Positions 7,836-15,278 of a stretch of 26,962 nt of DNA are shown here, piece by piece. The stretch's first letter is position 1, and each line of letters opens with the position of its first letter. The notes under the pieces are model-generated. The model did not search any database. It was given only the letters and a program-made list of their open reading frames with translations, and had not been told where the DNA came from. Origin of the DNA: an uncultured Halanaerobiales bacterium (GTDB lineage: Bacteria > Bacillota > Halanaerobiia > Halanaerobiales > JADQBU01); NCBI GenBank assembly GCA_964427565.1, contig CAYRVO010000001.1, forward strand, positions 1 to 26,962, written 5' to 3'. Both the position numbers and the translations under genes were made by a program.

Positions 7836-7890
7836 TAACTAGGTTCTAATATTTACGACTCTTTCATATTCAACTTAAGTACGGCCTGCT

Positions 7891-7919
7891 TTGATTTAAT
7901 CTACTGAGGATTTAATCAA
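7891..7919. repeat. Imperfect inverted repeat with 11-bp arms
   Basis: TTGATTTAATC-tactgag-GATTTAATCAA; 10 of 11 positions pair. Confidence 0.6.
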
Positions 7920-7964
7920 TTATGAAAAATTTCTATTGTGAAATTTGCTTATTTAATAACAGAG

Positions 7965-8084
7965 GTGAAAAAAATCAAAAAATATATACTTTTGCTATTG
8001 TTATTTATTATTATGGCTGCTGTAGTGTATTTGATAGGTCTAAATTATGGTGAACATATTCCGGCAGATGCATTAAAAATATAA
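7965..8084 (+). CDS. Small single-pass membrane or secreted protein (36-39 aa)
   Basis: GTG 7965: (V/M)KKIKKYILLLLLFIIMAAVVYLIGLNYGEHIPADALKI*. Basic N-terminus, about 20 hydrophobic residues, SD-like AGAGGTGA. Below the ORF-track cut-off. Confidence 0.6.
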   Translation: MKKIKKYILLLLLFIIMAAVVYLIGLNYGEHIPADALKI

Positions 8085-8138
8085 CCATCTAAAAAGTTGT
8101 AAGTTGAATTTATAAAGTAAATTAAGGAGTAGTTAAAT

Positions 8139-8588
8139 GTGGATAATATAAATAAAACTCCAGATCAGTACCGGAGATTGATTAGTAAAATTAAACCACC
8201 TGTTCATAAGATCAAAAATATTATCAAAGCATTTATTATAGGTGGACTAATCTGTGTTGTAGGTCAATCTTTTTGGAATATATATAAACAATTAAATTTA
8301 TCTCAAGATAATGCCGGAGTAATGGCTACAATTACAATGATATTTCTGGGGGGCTTGTTTACCGGGCTGGGTGTCTATGATGAACTTGGACAGTTTGCCG
8401 GTGCAGGTTCAATAGTTCCCATAACCGGTTTTGCTAATGCTATGGTCTCTCCAGCTATGGAATATAAACAGGAAGGTTTAATTTCTGGACTGGGAACAAA
8501 ATTATTTAATGTTGCTGGTCCGGTTATTACTTATGGGATGGTATCTGCATTTATTATAGGCTTAGTAAAAGTTGTACTGGCGGTGTAA
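8139..8588 (+). CDS. spoVAC: Stage V sporulation protein AC
   Basis: 149 aa, GTG start; AFIIGGLICVVGQ, GVYDELGQFAGAGSIVPITGFANAM, AGPVITYG. Confidence 0.95.
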   Translation: MDNINKTPDQYRRLISKIKPPVHKIKNIIKAFIIGGLICVVGQSFWNIYKQLNLSQDNAGVMATITMIFLGGLFTGLGVYDELGQFAGAGSIVPITGFANAMVSPAMEYKQEGLISGLGTKLFNVAGPVITYGMVSAFIIGLVKVVLAV

Positions 8589-8590
8589 GG

Positions 8591-9606
8591 ATGGCAAAAA
8601 ATATAGAGGGTCAAAGTTTAACATTTGAAACTAGACCAGGTGTTTTTGGTTATGGTACAGTTGGTGGTCCTGAGGAAGGAAAAAGTCCCCTCAGTAATAA
8701 ATTTGATTTAATTTATGAGGACGCACGTTGTGGAGAGAAAACCTGGGAACTGGGCGAAATGAAGATGGTCAAAAAAGCTATTGACTATGCTCTTGGCAGA
8801 GCAAGCCTGGATAAAAATAGTATTGATATTATTCTGGGGGGCGATCTTTTAAATCAGATAGTTGTTTCGAATTTTACAGCACGTAATTTAAGTATTCCTT
8901 TTCTTGGATTTTATGGAGCCTGTTCTACCATGATAGAGGTATTGCTTGTTGGTAGTTTACTTATTGATGGTAATTATGCCGATAATATTATGGGCTTTAG
9001 TTCCAGTCATTATCAAACTGCCGAAAGACAATTTAGAACACCTTTAGAATATGGAGATCAATATCCGCCAACAAAACAATGGACAATTACAGGTGCAGGT
9101 GCATATATTCTTGACCAAAATAGAGGAGAAGTTGTAATAACTCAGGGCACTATTGGTAAGGTTATTGATCTGGGAATTAATGATAGTAATGATCTGGGCT
9201 CTGCAATGGCTCCGGCTGCAGCTGATACGATATTACAACATTTCAGTGATCTTGATCGAGGCCCTCAGGACTATGACCTGATAATTACTGGTGATTTAGG
9301 AAGAGTGGGTAAAGATGTACTTAGGGCTTTGATGCAGGAAAAGAAATGTGATCCCGGTGATAAATTAAAAGATTGTGGTTCAATGATCCTAAAAATAAAA
9401 AAAAATATGGTGCTGGTGGTAGTGGTTGTGCAGCAACAGCTCTTGCTCTGGGTAGTATATTTATTCCCAAATTGATAGAAGGGAATATTAGAAGGATTCT
9501 TGTGGTAGGTACAGGTGCCCTTATGAATCCCTTAATATTGAACCAGAATGAAACAATTCCTGCTATAGCTCATGCGGTTGTTATTGAAAGGAGTATGAAT
9601 GGGTAA
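8591..9606 (+). pseudogene. spoVAD: Stage V sporulation protein AD, split by a -1 frameshift near 9389-9405
   Basis: ORF 8591-9475 carries GGDLLNQ, GACST, AERQFR..EYG, LGSAMAPAAA, TGDLG, DCG. The AGGSGC...ILVVGTGALM..ETIPAIAHAV C-terminus lies in ORF 9373-9606. One added base gives a 338-aa protein. Confidence 0.9.
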
Positions 9607-9952
9607 TTACTTTACAGCTTTTTTAGTTGGGGGTTTTATCTGTGCTATTAGTCAAATAATACTTGATAATACTAAATATACTCCAGCACATTTATTGGTA
9701 GGATTAGTTATAGCTGGTTCTTTACTGACCGGTCTCGGTTATTATCAACCATTAATTGAATTTGCAGGTGCGGGAGCTACAATACCGGTAGCAAATTTTG
9801 GACATATACTTACTAAAGGTGTATTACTGGAAGCCAAAAAAGATGGTTTGTTAGGTCTTTTTAAAGGTGTATTTGAAATTGCTAGTGCTGGTATTAGTGC
9901 TTCAATTATTATAGCTTTTTTTATTGCTCTTATTTTTGATCCGAAGAGGTGA
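9599..9952 (+). CDS. spoVAE: Stage V sporulation protein AE (SpoVAEb type)
   Basis: 117 aa; AFLVGGFICAISQ, TPAH, YQPLIEFAGAGATIPVANFGH. Confidence 0.92.
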   Translation: MGNYFTAFLVGGFICAISQIILDNTKYTPAHLLVGLVIAGSLLTGLGYYQPLIEFAGAGATIPVANFGHILTKGVLLEAKKDGLLGLFKGVFEIASAGISASIIIAFFIALIFDPKR

Positions 9953-11439
9953 AATATTTGCAAAAAAGATCCCTGAGTAAAAATCTAGATAAAAATATGG
10001 ATATATTAAAAAAGGAATTGGGAGCAGATGAAAGTTTTGATGTATTGACTCGTGGTTTTTATATAGGTCGTAAAAAAGCAGGTCTTTTATTTATTGATGG
10101 TTTTATAAAAGATGATATAATACATGTTCTTAGGGAATTAATGAATAGTGAAAGCAAAAATATTAGTGTAAATACCCTCAAAAAAATTATTCAAAAAAGA
10201 TTACCATATTATGAAATAAGTATTGTCAATAGTATGGAGGAGATAATTGATGAAGTATTAACAGGCCCTCAGGCATTACTAATAGATGGCTTAAAACAGG
10301 CTATAATTATTGATGCCCGACAGTGGTTAAGCCGTTCTCCGGAAGAACCTGAACTTGAAAAGGCAACCCGGGGTCCGGCAGATGGTTTTGTAGAGACAAT
10401 GCTTTTTAATGTTAATGCCGTGAGAAGAAGAATTAGGGATGTTAAGTTCAGGGCAGAGGTCTTAAAAGTAGGTAAAAGGTCTAAAAATGATATAGCCTTA
10501 TTATATATAAAGGATATAATTAATCCCGATCTTGTTAAAAATATAAAAGATAAATTAAATAATGTAGATATTGATGGTATACCTCTTGCTGATAAATCTG
10601 TAGAAGAAATAATTACAGGTGGTACTTTAAATCCTTTACCACTGGTTAGATATACAGAAAGGCCAGACAATGTTACTGCCCATATACTTGAAGGCCATCT
10701 GGCGATTATTGTAGACAACTCACCGACAGCTTTAATTTTGCCAGCACCATTTTTTGCCCATATTCAGACCCTGGAATTGTATAGGAAGAGTACAATAGTC
10801 GGTACATATTTATCTCTTACTAGAATATTGGCTATATTTGTCTCTGTTTTTTTACCGGCGATTTGGCTACTGGCTGCTACCAACCAGGATTTACTCCCAG
10901 AATATCTTGCTTTTATAGGGCCCAAACAGGAGAGTACAATTGGACTGGGTATTCAATTTATTTTAGCAAGTCTTGGTATTGATTTAATTAGAATGGCTTC
11001 CATACAGGTACCAGGGACAATGGCAACTTCTCTAAGTTTAATAGGGGCTTTAATACTGGGTGATTTTGCTGTGAAAGTTGGTCTCTTTTCTCCAGAAGTT
11101 ATTTTATATATGGCAATTGCTGCTATAGGAAACTTTGCTATTCCGGGTTATGAGCTGGCATTAGTTTTAAAAATGATAAGATTTGCATTTTTGATTTCAG
11201 TAATCATTGCTAATATATGGGGCTTTATTATTGTGCTATTACTGTTATTAATCTGGATGGCATTTACAAAGACATTTGGTGTTTATTATCTCTGGCCGTT
11301 GATTCCTTTCAATTTTCAGGGATTAAAATCTTTTTTTGTTACAGAGACTGTACTGGATGTATCCCATATTAGGCCGGAAGCTTATAATGTACAAGATAAA
11401 GATAGGGCTGTAAAGGATGAAGATGAGAATAAGAAATAA
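9949..11439 (+). CDS. spoVAF: SpoVAF / GerA-family spore membrane protein
   Basis: 496 aa, GTG start overlapping spoVAE; RSPEEPELEKATRGPADGFVET, RYTERPD, LEGH...VDNSP, C-terminal TM bundle. Confidence 0.9.
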   Translation: MKYLQKRSLSKNLDKNMDILKKELGADESFDVLTRGFYIGRKKAGLLFIDGFIKDDIIHVLRELMNSESKNISVNTLKKIIQKRLPYYEISIVNSMEEIIDEVLTGPQALLIDGLKQAIIIDARQWLSRSPEEPELEKATRGPADGFVETMLFNVNAVRRRIRDVKFRAEVLKVGKRSKNDIALLYIKDIINPDLVKNIKDKLNNVDIDGIPLADKSVEEIITGGTLNPLPLVRYTERPDNVTAHILEGHLAIIVDNSPTALILPAPFFAHIQTLELYRKSTIVGTYLSLTRILAIFVSVFLPAIWLLAATNQDLLPEYLAFIGPKQESTIGLGIQFILASLGIDLIRMASIQVPGTMATSLSLIGALILGDFAVKVGLFSPEVILYMAIAAIGNFAIPGYELALVLKMIRFAFLISVIIANIWGFIIVLLLLLIWMAFTKTFGVYYLWPLIPFNFQGLKSFFVTETVLDVSHIRPEAYNVQDKDRAVKDEDENKK

Positions 11440-11459
11440 ATAGATAAGTGGTGGTATAA

Positions 11460-12476
11460 ATGAAAACTAGAATTGGAATACCCAGATCTCTTTTTTATTA
11501 CTACTATTACCCGGGATTAAAAAAATTTTTTCAGGACCTGGGAGTACAGGTTGTTCTTTCTCCCCAAACAAATCGCAGAATAATTGATAAGGGAGTTAAA
11601 AAAGCAGTAGATGATATTTGTTTACCAATTAAAGCATATTTTGGTCATATTGGTGAATTGTTAGATAAAGTTGATTATATATTTGCTCCGAGGTTTATTA
11701 GTCTGGGTAAAAAAAATTTTGTTTGTCCCAAATTTATGGGATTACCAGATATGTTAAGGGCTGCATTTAATAATAAAAATCTGCCCCCGCTGATAGATCC
11801 TGATATAGATCTTAGAAAAGGTATATTTCCTATTCGCAGGATTGCACACTTAATTGGTAAAAGATTAAAAGCAGGCTATTTAAGGGTTGAGTGGGCATTA
11901 TGGAGAGCAATTTATAGACAGAAACAATTTGAGAAGATAAAAAAGTCAGGTCATACGACTGCAGAAAGCATGAAAATATTAGATGATCAAAAAAATATAA
12001 AAAATACAAAAAATAAATCATTAGATTTAGAGTCTGGGCAGAACAAAAATGATCTTGAAATTGCTGTACTGGGACATTCATATTTAATTTATGATGATTA
12101 TTTAAGTATGGGTTTGATTAAACATTTGAAAGATAGGGGGATAAAAATATTAACACATGACATGATTCAAAATAATATACTGGAAATGAATGCTGTTAAA
12201 TATAACAAAAAATTATTCTGGTATTATAATCGCCATATTCTTGGGGCTGCAAATTATTTTATTAATGCTAAACAAGATGAAATTGATGGTTTAATACAGG
12301 TGGATGCTTTTGGTTGTGGACCGGATTCTATTATTAATGAACTTGTAAAATTGAGGTGTAAGGAGAATGATATTTCATTATTAAATGTTAACCTGGATGA
12401 ACATACAGGTAAAGCAGGTATTCATACAAGGCTGGAAGCTTTTACTGATCTGCTAATAAGGCGGAAAAGTGGATGA
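11460..12476 (+). CDS. DUF2229-type / 2-hydroxyacyl-CoA dehydratase-like Fe-S subunit A
   Basis: 338 aa; IGIPRSL, ICLPIKAYFGH, FVCPKFMGLPD, FGCGPD, DEHTGKAG..TRLEAF. Confidence 0.75.
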   Translation: MKTRIGIPRSLFYYYYYPGLKKFFQDLGVQVVLSPQTNRRIIDKGVKKAVDDICLPIKAYFGHIGELLDKVDYIFAPRFISLGKKNFVCPKFMGLPDMLRAAFNNKNLPPLIDPDIDLRKGIFPIRRIAHLIGKRLKAGYLRVEWALWRAIYRQKQFEKIKKSGHTTAESMKILDDQKNIKNTKNKSLDLESGQNKNDLEIAVLGHSYLIYDDYLSMGLIKHLKDRGIKILTHDMIQNNILEMNAVKYNKKLFWYYNRHILGAANYFINAKQDEIDGLIQVDAFGCGPDSIINELVKLRCKENDISLLNVNLDEHTGKAGIHTRLEAFTDLLIRRKSG

Positions 12477-13558
12477 AAAAAATAACTTTTCCTCATATGG
12501 GTAATTTATATATTGCAGCTGAAACATTTTTTAAGGAACTGGGTTATGAGGTAATAGTACCACCTAAAAACTCAAGGAAAACACTTGATCTAGGAATGAA
12601 ATACAGTCCTGAATTTGCATGTTTACCTTTAAAAATAAATATAGGTAATTTTATTCAGGCCCTTAAAAAAGGTGCAGATACAATTGTTATGGGTGGTGGT
12701 GTTGGTCCCTGTCGCTTTGGATATTATTGCGAAGTGCAGAAAGGAATATTAAATGATCTGGGTTATGATTTTCAGATGATTAGCCTGGAACCAGAAATCT
12801 TGAAAACATTTAATAATATCAGGCAAGTAATGGGTGGAGTTCCCTGGACAAAAATTTATGGATCCGGAAAACTGGCCTGGAACAAAATAGTTGCTATAGA
12901 TGAAATTCATAAACAGGTTTTAAAAAGTAGGGGTCAAGAGCAAAAAGAAGGCACAATTAATGAAATTTATAATAAATTTCTGGAACGAATTCAGGATATA
13001 TGGTCAATAAGAGGTATTAAAGATATAAAAAATGAATATTATAAATTGATTAAAGAAGCAGAGGGTAATTATAAACGGGGTATAGAAATTAAAGTTGGTA
13101 TTGTTGGTGAGATATATGTAGTAATAGAACCTTTTACAAATTTAAATATCGAACAGAAGCTGGGTGATCTAGGTGTTACTGTTGAAAAAGAGTTATATAT
13201 TAGTCATTGGGTTAGACAATTCTTAAAAATGGATAATAATCACAAAGAAGTAAAAGAAGCCGCAGCGCCTTATTTAAGAGGAACTGTTGGTGGGCATGGT
13301 CTTGATTCAGTAGGTAATGCTGTCTTATATGCTAAAAAGGGTTTTGATGGAGTAATTCAAGTAGCACCATTTACCTGTATGCCAGAAATAGTGGCCCAAT
13401 CTATATTACCTGAAGTAAATGATAATGAGGATATTACAGTATTATCTTTGATATTTGATGAACATACGGGTGAAGCAGGTTTAAAAACAAGGCTGGAGGC
13501 TTTTGTGGATTTGTTAGCAAGAAAAAAGAAATTAAAGGGAGCTGTAAGTAGTGGATAA
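12473..13558 (+). CDS. 2-hydroxyacyl-CoA dehydratase-like Fe-S subunit B (CoA protein activase-associated)
   Basis: 361 aa; TFPHMG, ACLPLK, GPCRFG, VGIVGEIY, PFTCMPE, DEHTGEAG..TRLEAF. Confidence 0.75.
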   Translation: MKKITFPHMGNLYIAAETFFKELGYEVIVPPKNSRKTLDLGMKYSPEFACLPLKINIGNFIQALKKGADTIVMGGGVGPCRFGYYCEVQKGILNDLGYDFQMISLEPEILKTFNNIRQVMGGVPWTKIYGSGKLAWNKIVAIDEIHKQVLKSRGQEQKEGTINEIYNKFLERIQDIWSIRGIKDIKNEYYKLIKEAEGNYKRGIEIKVGIVGEIYVVIEPFTNLNIEQKLGDLGVTVEKELYISHWVRQFLKMDNNHKEVKEAAAPYLRGTVGGHGLDSVGNAVLYAKKGFDGVIQVAPFTCMPEIVAQSILPEVNDNEDITVLSLIFDEHTGEAGLKTRLEAFVDLLARKKKLKGAVSSG

Positions 13559-14519
13559 TTACTATCTGGGTATTGATGTTGGCTCAGTAAGTATTAATAT
13601 TGTTTTGATTGATGAATTTAAAAATTTATTTGACAAAAAGTATTTGCGAACAAGAGGAGAACCAATAAGGGTTATCAAAGAAGGATTAAAATATTTACAG
13701 GAAAAGCATCCCGATATTAATATAAAGGGGGTTGGAACTACAGGAAGTGGTAGAAATCTGGCCGGGGTTATGGTAGGAGCAGATACTATAAAAAATGAAA
13801 TTACAGCACATGCAGTTGCAGCAGCACATATAAATTCTGATCTAAAAACCGTACTTGAAATAGGTGGTCAGGATTCAAAAATAATTATTATCAGAGATGG
13901 TGTAGCAGTAGATTTTGCCATGAATACAGTCTGTGCTGCTGGTACCGGCTCTTTTCTTGACCAACAGGCAATGAGATTAGGAATACCAATTGAGGAGTTT
14001 GGAAGTATTGCTCTTAATGCAGAAACTTCAGTGCGCATCGCTGGACGATGTGCTGTATTTGCTGAATCCGATATGATACATAAACAGCAAATGGGACATG
14101 ATATACCAGAGATTATTGCTGGTCTTTGTGATGCCCTTGTTCGTAATTATTTAAATAATGTTGGTAAAGGTAAAGACATTCAACCACCAGTTGTTTTTCA
14201 AGGGGGAGTTGCTGCAAACGAAGGTATAAGGGATTCCTTTAGCCGGGCTTTAAATACGAAAATAACTGTACCACAGAATTATGATGTAATGGGTGCTATA
14301 GGAGCAGGTATTTTGGCTAAAGAAATCATTCAGGAAGAAAAGCGTTCTACGAATTTTAAAGGTTTTGATATAACCGATTTTGATTACAGGGCTGAAAGCT
14401 ATGAATGCACTGGTTGTTCAAATCACTGTGAAATTATAAATATTTATCAAAATGGAGAATTAATTGCTCGCTGGGGAGGTAGGTGTAGAAAAAATGAATT
14501 AAAAACAGTTTCTAATTAA
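13551..14519 (+). CDS. Acyl-CoA dehydratase activase (HgdC/BcrA-D-like ASKHA ATPase, [4Fe-4S])
   Basis: 322 aa; LGIDVGS, EIGGQDSK, MNTVCAAGTGSFL, RCAVF, QGGVAAN, extra C-terminal CTGCSNHC...GRC. Confidence 0.88.
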   Translation: MDNYYLGIDVGSVSINIVLIDEFKNLFDKKYLRTRGEPIRVIKEGLKYLQEKHPDINIKGVGTTGSGRNLAGVMVGADTIKNEITAHAVAAAHINSDLKTVLEIGGQDSKIIIIRDGVAVDFAMNTVCAAGTGSFLDQQAMRLGIPIEEFGSIALNAETSVRIAGRCAVFAESDMIHKQQMGHDIPEIIAGLCDALVRNYLNNVGKGKDIQPPVVFQGGVAANEGIRDSFSRALNTKITVPQNYDVMGAIGAGILAKEIIQEEKRSTNFKGFDITDFDYRAESYECTGCSNHCEIINIYQNGELIARWGGRCRKNELKTVSN

Positions 14520-14521
14520 GG

Positions 14522-14550
14522 TTGTTTTTAGTTGAAGAAAAATATATAAT
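14522..14550 (+). promoter_or_regulatory. sigmaA-type promoter for the C26-to-scpB unit
   Basis: TTGTTT - N17 - TATAAT (14545-14550), followed by SD AAGGAGG. Confidence 0.55.
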
Positions 14551-14574
14551 TATGTAAAGGAGGAAAGAGAACAT

Positions 14575-15264
14575 ATGTCTGTAATTATAGGCATTTCAAT
14601 GGGATATAAGAGTAATAATGAAAAAAAGCTGGAAATAGACAAAAATTATTTGCAGGTAATTAAAGAAGTAGGTGGAATACCTGTTATCTTAAATCCTTTT
14701 ATAAACGAAAAATATTTTAATAAAATTAATATAGATGGAATATTATTGACAGGTGGAGGCGATGTAGACCCTCGTTATTTTGGTGATAATCCACATAAAA
14801 AAATACGGAGAATAGATCCTGTACGCGATAATTTTGAGATAAAATTATGTAAATGGGCTATAAAGTCAAGACTACCTGTATTAGCAATTTGCAGGGGTAT
14901 ACAGGTTTTAAATATAGCCTATGGGGGAACAATTATTCAGCATTTAGATGGAGATATTATCAAACATGAACAGGAAAGTCCCGGCTGGCACCCATCTCAT
15001 AAGATTAATATTAGTGATAATAATATATTAGCAGATATCTATGATAAAAGGGAAATATATGTTAATAGTTTTCATCATCAAGCTGTTTTAAAAACGGGTA
15101 ATGGTTTAGAAATTGTAGCCCGGGCTGTGGATGGAATTATAGAATCTATAGCTAGCAGTGATAAATACTTTATTATTGGAGTTCAGTGGCATCCCGAATT
15201 AATGTACAAAAAAAATAGCAAACATTTAAAATTATTTAAAAGATTTATTAAAAATTGTGAGTGA
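14575..15264 (+). CDS. Gamma-glutamyl hydrolase-like class I glutamine amidotransferase (peptidase C26, PuuD-like)
   Basis: 229 aa; LTGGGDVDP, LAICRGIQ (catalytic Cys), VNSFHHQAV, GVQWHPE (His-Glu). Confidence 0.88.
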   Translation: MSVIIGISMGYKSNNEKKLEIDKNYLQVIKEVGGIPVILNPFINEKYFNKINIDGILLTGGGDVDPRYFGDNPHKKIRRIDPVRDNFEIKLCKWAIKSRLPVLAICRGIQVLNIAYGGTIIQHLDGDIIKHEQESPGWHPSHKINISDNNILADIYDKREIYVNSFHHQAVLKTGNGLEIVARAVDGIIESIASSDKYFIIGVQWHPELMYKKNSKHLKLFKRFIKNCE

Positions 15265-15278
15265 AGTGGTGTTTATAG

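Noticed and set aside
9406-9460. Stimulatory structure for programmed -1 ribosomal frameshifting in spoVAD
   Set aside because: Only a 4-bp GTTG/CAAC stem was found, and there is no internal SD upstream of the heptamer.
14501-14529. Terminator after the activase gene
   Set aside because: The 10-bp stem is AT-rich with three G-U pairs and has no U-tract beyond the stem; too weak to list.
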